NCBI RefSeq assembly: GCF_964204645.1
Contig: NC_134025.1
Coordinates: 21,928,299-21,992,298, forward strand
Direction: 5' to 3'
DNA length: 64,000 bases
Origin: Tubulanus polymorphus
Lineage: Eukaryota; Animalia; Nemertea
In this document: positions 1 through 12,600 of the stretch, piece by piece
Layout: each line of letters begins with the position of its first letter
Numbering within the stretch: the first letter of the stretch is position 1
Translations under genes and position numbers: made by a program
The notes under the pieces: generated by a model
Told to the model about the DNA's origin: nothing
What the model saw: the letters and a program-made list of their open reading frames with translations, nothing else
The model's database searches: none

Positions 1-2215
1 TGCAGTTGGCGTTTTACCTCTAAACATACGATTAGGTGACATAGAAACACATGGAGGGAAAACTACTAGCTTAAGGGAAAACTTTCGAACCTTATTTTTC
101 TTGATTATTGTGGGATTCTATCGTCATAAGACGGACATCGTCTCTTACCATCAATCGTGATACATTTACTGTACTATACACTATGATATCAGGCTTCTCG
201 CCTGGGGAAACATATACATTTTATTTAGAAATCATATGCATAAATTCCATTTTAGTTAACATCGATCGATAGAAAAACATTATGTCGGTATAGTACATAG
301 TATATATAGTATGTAGTATACCTTGCCTAATAGGGGTTAGCCTCCATACAGGTCTCGATAAAAATCCCTCAGTGCACTTAGATAATTGGTGTTTTGATTT
401 ATTCAAAAGATATCATCGCACATACTCGGAGTATAGATTGACGAGAATACTGCAACGAATACATGAACGAGAAGTCTGATTCTCGATTTAGATGATACAA
501 ACGAATCGACACTTTTCATTATTTTAGTGATGGAACCGGCAATGGCGGACCAAGGGGGAGACCAAGGGGGTGGTCTCAGGGGCCCAGAGCCCTTCCTTCC
601 CATTGAGATTGCCCACTTCGCAAGACAGGATCGTTAAAACCTGGAAATTTGATACTCTTCCTCTCAAAAATTCCAACCTATCTGATATATTTCTTCAAAA
701 AATATCTAAAACCCAATAGAGGCATTTGACTTGGCTGCTTTATCTGACTGAGAAATGCCTTTTCTGTTCTTCTGGACCCCGGTCTTCCAATTTTCCTACC
801 CGGCTCTGGACGGCAGATATGTGATCCATTAGTAGCGATCTCGATGAAACGTCCGCGAAAGATCATCAGATATTCTGATACTAAATAGAACTGAATGCGC
901 TATTGTAACCTGTGTGTGAGTTGGTTGAATTCCGGATGAACGACAAAAATAGCGAAATACCCGAGATAACATCGCCACCCTATAATAAAGTACACAAACG
1001 AACGATAACGAATCCGCAGCAGTTCGGAATGTATACATCTGATTTAGTTTTCCATCGCTTTTCATAACGCACGAACCAACACAACAAAAATGCCCGACGG
1101 CAATTTTTGTTCCGAACTCCGAATAGATCTAAACGCAGCGCAAAATTCTCGCACAAAAATATTATATTTAGTTTTAAACCTACGGGAAAATTCGTACAAT
1201 TTCGGAAATCGATGCCTTTGTTAAAAAAATAATGTATACGCATATGAACCCATGATGCACATGACATGATAATTCCAGTTTTGAAATAACTTGCAATAGA
1301 CCTATACGCTGTAAAGCATATTTGGTGTAACTTTCTGTCCCAAAGAAGTTCCAATTTTCTTAGAATAATCGTACGCATTTCTGAGACCGATCTCGGCGAC
1401 AGATTCCTCATAAATTCTAAAGTATGAGCGAATCTCTGATATGATATGGTCGAAATGGTGTTATAACAAATCGGTCAGGTAAAATCGAAAACATTGAGCG
1501 AAAATATGAAATTCCGTAGATATCTTGCCGTGAAACATGAAATATCAAATTTGATGCCTGAATCATATCATTTTCAACTGTGATCGAAAATGAAAATAAT
1601 AAATTACGATTAACTGTCATCATATACAAGAAGAACATCAAATAACATAATGCATCTCGTTAAAGCGTCTTTAGTTCAAATCCCGTCCAAATGCATGCAA
1701 CGGAAGTATCAGTAGGAGTTTATGCAAAATCTATCTTACGACCATGGACGTCCATGGTACGACGTACATACCTACTGAATGTACTCGATATGACTTGTTA
1801 TCGACAATGTTATCCGCCAAATCCATATCCATCGCAATTACACGCGCTAGCAATTTTTCACTTACTCGAAAATCGGTTGCGTTTTTCACCGGTACCGCAC
1901 CAGATAACGAAAGGATGCCTTAAGAATCTTATCGATCCCTTCAAATCTTCTTATAACGATCATGTACCCACTGCGCATACCACCAAAGCCCGGGCGTATA
2001 GAAAACGCGCTGTTTTTTCAGTCAGTACATTTTTCTATAGTTTCGACAGCGGTGGAGAAGGGATTCACTGCATCGTTCGTACGGGGAGATATACAGAGCG
2101 TCGTAGATTCAACCGCTTACTCGGTAGAAAGAGACCTAAAAAGGCGGCAACATGTAAATAATTCACTCGTAATAAGACCAGCGGATACGACAAGGAAAAT
2201 GCCCATCACATAACG

Positions 2216-2324
2216 AATTCTATCCTCCCCGGCAGGGATTCGAATCTGATGGCATCGAGACTTGCCGTGGCTTAGTGTAGCGATGCCATCAGGTTCGAAT
2301 CCCTGCCCAGGGAGGATGCGAATT
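2216..2324. mobile_element. Palindromic MITE family with a GGTTCGAATCC box in its TIR (related copies at ~15950-16190 and ~44130-44220)
   Basis: ATCCTCCCCGGCAGGGATTCGAATCTGATGGCATCG ... CGATGCCATCAGGTTCGAATCCCTGCCCAGGGAGGAT. The right arm recurs at 16151-16188. Confidence 0.65.
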
Positions 2325-4399
2325 TCAAGCAAATGCATATTTTGTTGCTCGCCCCTGAAACTTTACATTCTGATGAATACAAGAATGGACAGCTCGCGCG
2401 TGACTTCTGGTCAATCGGTCGAAAGACTCGGTTTTCTTCTAGGAACGGAGGAAAGAAACACTTAAGTATAGACAAGATCTATGGAAGAAAATGTGTTACG
2501 CTCTAGCACTATGAGCGCGTGAATTGGTGCGATGCTAATTATACTCTGTATTATATTGATATGATATGATTTATTTTCATATAAAATTTTTACAGAATTA
2601 ATGAATAAACAAAGACATTAAAAATCTAATAATGATATTAGATGAAGGACGATCATATCGTCGAGAAAGTTATCTGGGATTTTGCCAACACCTCTTTCTT
2701 GGAACTCGAATAAATAAGCGTCCCGGAACATAAAATCAGAGTGATTGTTAACAATGATAAATTGTTCTTATGGCGCAAGGATCCTATAATAGAGTTCAAA
2801 TGCGCCCCTCTGGGAAAATCTTTATATCGTAATAGTCATAAAACAATGCGGTTTTGAGATGTCTTTTCGTACTGATCAAGATTGCGATGACCAACTGGTT
2901 TTGGTGATCACCCTTGTCATTTGCTAACATTAACCTTAACGTTAATTGTTGCTCTGTTGTATACGATTTATTCATGCATGGCGAAGAAAGAATTTGTGTT
3001 GACTAACCAATTCATTTGCATGCGATGTGCATGATTCTTTTTCATCAACAAAACCGAACACAATCTAAAGCAAGCATCTTTTGATAATCTCGATTCTTTC
3101 TGTAATTCATTGGGTATTCATGTAGTTGTTTCATGACTCAAAACAAACTGCTCGTGATGTTATAAATGTACTATTCTGATTCTAGCATTGAATTACATTT
3201 AAAAAAAGACAAAACGCTCTGTTTCCATCTAATGAATATGTAAATTAGATTGATTTGGGATATCCAATATTTACAGCTGTATCACAACAAAACCAGCCAA
3301 CTACAGCCTTAAGTGAATTACTTGGCAACTCACCGAAAGGTAGGCGATCGTGATGGTGATCTTAAACAGTTCTAGTTTTTTACATATATATTTGAAAACT
3401 GTACATTACTTTCTTATAATGCACGAGGTAATTTTTGCTCATATATACTGTACTAGTATAGTATTAGTCTGGTTTCGGCGAGTTAATTACACTTTTCTGG
3501 AAGGGAAATATATGCCAAACATATATGCCACCTAACCAAACACAATAGAGCCAGCGTCACTGAAAAGATGGTTAATGCCAATCAATCAGAAAAACCTTTT
3601 ACGGATACGCAATAACCTTAAACCGGGGGTAATAACCTTAACCGGGGGTAATAAATTCGCATCTATTAAGTCTAAGGTAACAACTGAGCTCAAGTTAAAA
3701 CTGGAACCCGTTCTAGAATTGTCTGGTAAAATCTAGCTCCTGGGTTGAAGCATCGGATACGAATTTATTTCACTCGATGCGGAACTAGGTCCACAGTGGA
3801 TCCAAATAAATGGTCCGATGTGTTAATTCACGCCTATTGGCGGTCAAATAACCCTTGAGCGGCTGGCCCCTGGAAAGTAAAGATTAGACACATTAACGTA
3901 TGACAATATGCAATACGCAGACGACACGCTCGCTGGACTAAAATGATAGGATAGATTTGATAGGATAGATACGAATGAAAATATTCTATTGTCCGAACAA
4001 AAGTTTTAAAACGTTGAATCTTAACAACAGATTTGCTACCATTTGTCCATCAAAAAAGTTAGAATATTCACATTATAATCAAAGCCGTACACATAACTAT
4101 CTCCTAACGACCATCAACATATTTGCCCCCACCCAGTGACATAAGAAAAAACGTATCCAATGATTTGACACATGTATTTATTCTTTTTTCAATTTATTTG
4201 ATTGCACTTTGCTTTTGGTCATGTACATTTGCACATTTTGTATAAACAGAATATTTTTAGTCTCTCACCGTTTTTACCGTGCTATTTATTTTGTCTATTT
4301 TCAACTCATTACTTTAATCGTGCGTGGAGCTTTACGGTTTATGCTTTCAGTTGCGTGTCATATCACATCGCATGTAATGTATTCTTTTTTCAGGTAGGT

Positions 4400-4790
4400 T
4401 TCGATGAGTCGTCATGATATAGACGATATCGATGCGGAAAAGTGCCGGATTGAATCCGAGGGAACCGTGGGACTGGCAATGGACAGGCCTAAATCTGCCC
4501 GTGAACACCGTTGGTTGGGCGAGGGTCACGATGTCGACCCCCCTTCTTATAAAGCCTGGGGTGGGGTTGTAAGGTTCTCATTGAACTCCATATCCCGGAA
4601 AGCCAGATTCTGAATTTTCTATGCGCCGATGTTCTCCCATAGAAAGGGAATACGGAATGGCTGTTCGTGGCCTTTTCTAGATCCACCCATGTGTTCACCA
4701 AGAACCTTAGTGTCTGATGTACCACACTAGGATCGTAGAGCGACGGAGATCTGTGGAAACAACCACACCGACTGGGTGAACTCATGGGGT
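4400..4790 (+). mobile_element. Possible decayed DIRS-like reverse transcriptase fragment
   Basis: GC-richer island with broken peptides HIPESQILNFL and ...HVFTK, loosely like the DIRS RT motifs IPIHPxSxxFL and PxVFTK. Heavily disrupted. Confidence 0.3.
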
Positions 4791-5726
4791 GTAAATTCCG
4801 GTTCGATTTTAATATAAACCTTATTCACGCAAATGACGGACCTTATTTATAATTCCAATAGTGAAAGTACCCGGCACGTTCTATATATAATGTTGTGATT
4901 AAACTATTTGGTGAATCCGTCTATAGCGGAGTGCTCGTGCCAATGAATAACTAACTACTCCAGTGATTGTTTCAGCATAACGAACGTCATATTTCATCGT
5001 TTAGCAAAAACATAATCAATTACGTTGAAAGTCTACTATCCTCCGTGGAAATCCATCGGTAGTAAAATCGGCTGTTGCGATCGCTTCTAGTATTTGCATA
5101 ATTCGAAGGTGTCCAATTACATTGATGGTTTCTGATTTTCCCACAGGGTCGATTTACCTCGGCGTAGAGTCGTCATATTTCGTTTGTATAGTGCGAAACG
5201 GAACTGTTCGAGTGCGATGACGTTTGCGAATTTCAGGACAAAAATGCTTTACGCTTCGTTCATATGAAATTCCAGTATAGAAATTGAAATAAGTCGATTT
5301 CATTTGAATGATTGCTCTGTATTTACTTTCGGAGTAAACTGGAAACTTCCCTATTGAAATTATCTAAACATTGGAATTTAATGTATTCTCATCAATATTT
5401 CTTTTTTTATCCATATTGGTTCTCGGGTTTCCGTGAGACCCATATTCTTGTACCGTCTGTCTGTCTGTATCTATGAGTGTCTTTCTACTCAGAGGTCTAG
5501 ATGTGCAGTACAAAGAATGGGCCCAGTGCACCACCTGGCGGTAGAACTAGACACCAAAAAACTTTTTTCAGCTTCATGACCTCGGAGATGACCTCATAAC
5601 CGGGAAACGGCGTTGAAATTCAAAAAGTTGTCTTGACAAACTTTAGCTATTGGCCCTAGATACAACGTATCCAAAGTGCAACGAGAACTAACGCATGGTA
5701 ATTTCTAATCCGTGTACACTGTAGAT

Positions 5727-5919
5727 AATCGAAGAAGTCCCACAGTTCGAATTTTCATACGATGTAATTTATCAAAACGAAACCACAACGTTTCGGCTGT
5801 TGACTAACAGCCATCATCATTCCACCTGATGATGGCTGTTAGTCAACAGCCGAAACGTTGCGGTTTCGTTTTAATAAATTACATCGTAAAAAAATTCGAA
5901 CTGTGGGACTTCTTCGATT
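5727..5919. mobile_element. ~190-bp palindrome: inverted Penelope-like terminal fragment with a hammerhead ribozyme core
   Basis: Near-perfect inverted arms of ~93 bp. The + strand at 5826-5856 reads CTGATGA-T-GGCTGTT-AGTC-AACAGCC-GAAAC, i.e. the hammerhead boxes around a perfect helix II. Confidence 0.75.
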
Positions 5920-6127
5920 TTCGGAGTTTGAGTTCGAGCCTGGGGGAGCCCGAGAACTGTTGTCGCCTATGGCTTGTTCGAATATATAAACATATTTGAG
6001 AATATTCTTAGCCAGACAGGAATTTCTCACAAAACCAGAAAGCATAATTTCTAACGTTTCGTATCTTTTAACTTAAACAACAAGTAAAAAATCTACTCTT
6101 AATCGTTTTAACAGCTAACAACAATAA

Positions 6128-6640
6128 CGAGGTCTATATGAATCACTGGTTAGGCTATTGAACTTTCATTTTTACTCGGCCATGATATGGCAATTGATTG
6201 TGACTTTGATTCTTTGCCATATTACGCGCGTCATCATTTTCGCCCAGTGGAATCTGGAACCACGACGCATTAAAACATTTTGATGTAAACTATTTTCCAT
6301 CTACTGCCCATTGCAGGGACGCCGCTGTGGTTGTTGTTACACATCGCACCGATACGTAACGAAAAAGATGCCGTCGTCTTGTTTTTGTGCACGTTCAAAG
6401 ATATAACTGCCCTCAAACAACCAATCGAAGATGACGCGGGAAAAGGTTCGTAAAATGCCAAGCAATGTACATGTATTCATATACTTGTAGTGAAGCCAAA
6501 GAAACTTGAAATATCGAGGTCTATGAATCACTGGTTAGGCTTCCTGAACTCTCATTTTTACTTTACCATAATATGGCAACTGATTGTGACTTTGATTCAA
6601 TATTTTCGCCCATGGAATCTGCAGCCACAACACATTATAA
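6128..6640 (+). repeat. Imperfect direct duplication (~130-150 bp) flanking eag exon 6317-6445
   Basis: CGAGGTCTAT(AT)GAATCACTGGTTAGGCT...GATTGTGACTTTGATTC...TTTTCGCCCA..GGAATCTG occurs at 6128-6275 and again at 6515-6640. Confidence 0.8.
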
Positions 6641-9600
6641 GATGAACTCATATCATAATAATGTAGCTAAAGAAACTTTAGAATATTAATGGTTTCAACT
6701 TTCTTTTACGCACGGTTAAGATATGCGGTCCTTGGTTTCACATCGTCACTGTTCTCAATTGTTGCGTTCAAAAATTCCAAAAATCGCCAGCAAATATCTG
6801 CATTTCATTTCCTTAAAAATGCTGTATAGCTTAAGTTCATCGAGCAAGGGGCTGCAGAACTATATGATATTCAATCTAAACTTATGTTTTAAAAATGAGC
6901 GCAAATCATCAACAATGGGGACCTCGCAATCAACAATGGGGACCTCGAGGGACCGCCACAAAATGGCGCCTAGAAACTGGAAACTTCTTTATTGGTATAT
7001 AGCAAAAAAAGGACTGGTAATGCTTGAATGCCATTATTAAATTGTATTAATGGATTTTGTGCCTAGCGCTGGACTGTAATAGTTAGGTATATATTTAACC
7101 GATGCCACATAATTTTCGGGGTTAGTAAACATAGAATTCATTAATCAATGCATCAATATATTTTTCTTTGTTTGTTTAGGTCTTAGTAAATTTGCACGTC
7201 TGGCGAGATCAGTTACGAAAAACAGATCGGTTTTGTTGCAGTTCTCTTCACACGTTCCAAACACGAAGATCGACAACTCGAAACTATCTCAAATTGCGAA
7301 CGTGAGTAGACCTACTCCTCTCGGAGAAAGGCCATTGCGTCGTTAACTAGCTGTCATTACGCCTTTAGATAAAGTAGTGTTCTACACATCGCATCAGCGC
7401 GTTGATACAACTGTGCAATGTACAACTTCTACCTGTCGATTGGAATCGCCGCTATTTATTTTGTTCGCTATGAATTTCTACGACAATTTCAATTACAATT
7501 CAACAAAACTGATAATGAAATTTTCGCGCGATGCTGTTTCGCAAATGAATGCGATTAATCGATATATACTTATTTCATTATGACTACGGCGGCGCCGTAC
7601 GAGGCGCTAAAATAAAAATAAGTAATTTCTATATAATTCTTTCGTGACATTTCGCGTTCGGCGACGCATTAGCAAGTTAGGTAACGGCCAATACCCGGTG
7701 TGTCCGCACCGATAGCATTCCGATTCGGCTCGTACTCCTAATTGATGAATGATGTACGATCAGCGTCTAACAACAACACGGTTTAGTTCACGCGTGTTTA
7801 TAGCATTTTCGATAGTCGCCGCCTCTGTAGTATGATCTAACCTTGGGAGTTAAGGCTGGCTTATGTCGACAAGCAACGCGACGCCTGCCTACCGACTCCT
7901 ACCGACGCAACTGAAAGCAACCGCTTTCGCAGCCCAGCTTATGTCGACTGCGCTCCGATTCGCAGCAACTGAGGCCGACTAGCGGGATATGAGATCCTCC
8001 CAGTTGCTTCCCTCCTTATGTCGGTAGCGATTACTAGCAACTGCAACGGCTCAAATGGTCACGTGATAAGCATTTTGAGAATAAATTTGAATAATTAGGA
8101 AATATACTTCTATTAGAAAAGCTATTTCTTCAAGACTTTGATCTTTCTGATTCTGTTTTGAATACAACGTGCTAGCGACATCTATAAAGATGGCCGGTCA
8201 CACCATAATTCTACCAATTTCGTTTCTAGATCTTCGGTCCAGTCCTCTGCCGTGCTGAAGGTTTGGTTTACGTTTTGAACTACTTGAATTTGAAAGTTTA
8301 TGGATAACATAACGACTAATTACGAATGACGCTAACTAGCGGTGATAATTTGTACTATGTATATGCGGTCTCTCATTGGCTGGAACCCCTGCGCTCAGTT
8401 CCGTCGCGTCGCAGATGAGCTTATGTCGGCTGCGATCGAAAGCAACTGCCCGCCTACCGTAGGCCGGAGTAGAACATGGGCAACTAGCCGGATACGGCTT
8501 GCGACGAGTCGGTAGGCGTCGCGTTGCCGTCGCAAGCCGGCTTATGTCGAATCGATTGAGGAGCAACTGGCGGCCTCTCGTAGGCCGCCTGTTGCCGCTA
8601 ATCGGCGATAAACCCAGTTGCGTCGGTAGGCGTCGCGTTGCTTTATGATTTGGCATAACAAAAAACTGAAGACTGAGTGATGAGATGTCGCATATCGATA
8701 TACTCACATGCCCACTTATATTCTACTCGAGTACCGGTGTAGCTATACTGATGCTAGGCGCTGTTTAAGTCTATTGAACGGTTTATGTTTTTTTTTATTT
8801 CTTCATTTAGTTTGCCACTGAAATAATTTTTTCCTCCGATTGCATTTTCAAAACGTAGTGACTTTAACTTGCATTAATTCATTATTGCCATTATTGCTAT
8901 GGTAACCATGTATCATAATTCAAACCACGATAGCCTGATCGAAGAAGACGTTAGCTTTTTGTAGTTACGTATAACAAAATCAACTCCTAACGCTAATGGA
9001 ACTGTTTTTCCGACGAAAGCAAAGCACTCTTCATTAAGCAGTTGAATGAGCAACAGACATCAAATATTAATGTCGGTCCGATGGTGATAAAAATCCATGC
9101 AATTTCTACTAATCGTTGATTAAAAAACGGCCGCATTGGCCCTTCCAGGAAATGGATTATACCACCATAAGATAATTACACCGGAATTAAATTTAGACCG
9201 GACCAAATTTTGGTGAGCGTTCACACGGCGTTTTGAAACCCGGTGATAAAATCGCTTGTCACCGAGCCCACAAGATGTCGCCAACTGCTAAATAATCAAT
9301 TGCGCCTGGGTGAAGTCTTGCTTCCAGATTCGATATATAGCAAGACATTCTTCATTTGACCAATTCATTCCTCTGTCAGGTTTAGACATTTTTGCGAATT
9401 CGATTTTATTCAATCAGCTGAAACTTCTTAAGAATAATTACATAAACGGTAATAAAATGTCTAAATTGGTCCGGACCAGATTTATACCAGTCTAAATCTA
9501 TAGTTTAAAAGTGGCTTAGTCGGCCTGCGACACGACGAACTCCCTGTGACAATCCCGCCAGCCACATGTCGACAAAGTGATAGAAATTCATATGCAATTG

Positions 9601-12600
9601 ATAAAATTGAAGTTGAACTTGACAAGAGCCCTCTTGCACTGCCAGTTTAACACCATGGCTACCACCACGAGCTGCTGCGACGCCTATGCTCACCGTAAGC
9701 GAATTTTTTGTGCACTTATGTGAACCGGCTTTGGCAATCAACTTCTTGCCTCGCTACACCATTGAGAGCTAGGCGCGATCAATTCAAATTAAATTTTTCT
9801 TTCCAATTTAAACTTTATTGTTCTTTAGATAATAAAAGTCGGTTTATATTTTAGTGCACGAGAAATCCGTTCGTCGTTAGTATAGCGGCAGCACCCCACG
9901 GTGCAACGATACATCACTAGACTCGCCTTTAAGTCAACTACCGCACGTCGCAATCAAATTGAGCACCAATTTTCAAACAGTGTTGTAACCGATCGCACCG
10001 CGTTGCAAGCGGTCGCAAGTCGACTAGAGCCTTCCTTATGGTATCAGCATGATAATGGCTTATTACCATAGTAACGCCATTGCCACTGAGTTTTGTTTTC
10101 TAACTAATCAAGCTGAATCCAGTTCCTCCGCTTGCGAATGGGATCATCACCTCCAGATTCACAGTACTAAAGATATATATCGCTAGGCAAGCGGGATTTT
10201 CACGGAAGCTGACCACAGCTCGGTCGTATAATAGATTAAGTTGCCATAATATACGGGAGTCTCGGGGAGATTTGCTCATTCGTCAATTTCTACTTTTTCA
10301 GTTGATGAACCTGAATTCGGACATTTTGCCTCAGTATCGTTTGGAAGCGCCTAAAACTCCGCCTCATATAATACTACACTATTGCGCGTTCAAAGCTACA
10401 TGGGACTGGATGATATTGTTGCTGACTTTTTACACGGCCGTCATGGTTCCGTTCAACGTCGCTTTCGAGAACAAATCGATGGACGACGTTCCGCTGCTAG
10501 TGGTCGACAGCATCGTCGACGTCGTCTTCTTCATCGATATCATATTGAACTTTCATACGACTTTCGTCGGACCGGCCGGAGAAGTCGTTTCCGATCCGAA
10601 GATAATTCGAATGAACTATCTGAAGAGCTGGTTCGTCGTCGATTTGCTGTCTTGCCTTCCATACGATGTGTTCAACGCTTTCCAGCATTTAAACGAGGTA
10701 CGTATAACGCCTGTCTATCCGCCACACCCACTTCCGCGCCATTGAATCTATACACTAAAATGATTAATCCCCGCACTACTACTCACAGCGTACCACGGCA
10801 GCAACGCGAATTGAAACTATCATTCTTAAAACTATTTTCAGCATATCAGCAGCTTGTTCAGCGCTCTGAAGGTGGTTCGCTTGCTCCGGTTGGGTAGGGT
10901 CGTTCGAAAATTGGACCACTATCTGGAGTACGGCGCGGCGGTTTTGGTGCTTCTTATATGTCTGTTCTGTTTAATCGCGCATTGGTTGGCCTGCGTCTGG
11001 TACAGCATCGGGCGCGAAGAGCTGAAGAACGGTGTGACGTACGGATGGATGGCGATTCTGTCCAACGTCACGAACACGAAACGATACAACGAATCCGACT
11101 ACGGTATCGATAAAGCCATGTCTTACGTCACTTCCCTTTACTACACGTTGTCGTGTATGACAAGTGTGGGATTCGGCAACGTTGCCGCCAACACAGTCTA
11201 CGAAAAAATATTTTCTATTGCTCAGATGATCCTGGGGTGTAAGTTCTTTTTTTCTATCTATATTGTCCTTAGAAGAATTTGAAAGTTTTATAAAGATACG
11301 CAAGACACAAACGTTCCAATATATATGACAAGAGCGCTTAGAACTGATAAAAACTGATTGAAAATGATATCAATACAGGGAGGTGTTCAGGGGCTCTCGA
11401 CTCCCTTGCTCCGTGTTAAAAATTTTCTGATATCAACCGTATTTAACGATGAAACTAACCAAACTTCAAATCTTTATCGATTGCTGTTTCGGCGCGTCTA
11501 CCTGAAATTAGGTAATGCACATATTCTTATGAATGCATACTTCATTGAAATTTTAAAATAAAATACTGCGCCTGACCCCTTCTGTAGAAATTCCTGGATC
11601 CGCCCCTGTAATAGTTACCACCCAGTATTCAATAAAATGGAGCCCTCGATTGAAATTGGATTCATTTTTCTTGATTTCAGCCCTTTTGTACGCTACCATT
11701 TTCGGAAATGTCGCCACGATATTCCAGCAGTTATACTCGACGACGGCGAGATATCACGAGATGTTGAACAACGTCCGCGACTTCATGAAACTACACGACG
11801 TTCCTAAAGCTCTCAGCGAGCGGGTTATGGACTATATCGTTTCTACTTGGGCCATGACGAAGGGAATCGATACGGCAAAGGTACAAATCAGCGTCTGATC
11901 CTTAATGTTTAGGTTCACCAGACACGTTCACACGGTGACGAAATGATGGCGAAACAACAATGGGGAACCCGCGACACCACCAATCCCACCAGATAGCGTG
12001 CACTGACAAGCAATAGGTCTTACGTTGTCAAGATTAGTTCATTTTTCAATGAACTGAATTGAACTGATACCCGAATCCATATATTATCACAGCTTCCACC
12101 AAATATAAATGAATTCATTTTTGTAATCAGTATATCGGTAGGCCCCTATAGTTTTCATAAATGATTTACTTATTTGAGAAAAGAAGTTCACTCAGTTTGA
12201 ATTGAAATGTAGAAGAAATCGAGCGCTTAAGACCAACTATCTACTAGCGAAAACCTGGCGGATGCTCGATTGCCACGTTAGCGCCGGGGGTACCACATTA
12301 AACCCCGAGACATATGTAGAAAATTAGCTGTATGTGATTTTACAATGGTTCCCCCATTGTCACTCGTTCTAGGTACTGAATTACTGTCCTAAGGATATGA
12401 AAGCGGACATATGCGTACATTTGAACAGAAAGGTTTTTAACGAGCACCCGGCATTTCGCTTGGCAAGTGACGGATGTCTGAGGTCTTTAGCGATGCACTT
12501 TGGAATGAGCCATAGCGCTCCCGGTGATTTATTGTTCCACCAAGGAGAAAGTTTAGACGCTCTGTGTTTTATTGTATCCGGATCGTTAGAAGTGATTCAA

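Noticed and set aside
1560-1645. ENENNKLRLTVIIYKKN resembling the EAG PAS segment ending in YKKN
   Set aside because: In-frame stops on both sides and no splice donor after YKKN.
8336-8707. 123-aa Arg-rich ORF
   Set aside because: Lies in a GC-rich MITE arm made of internal repeats.
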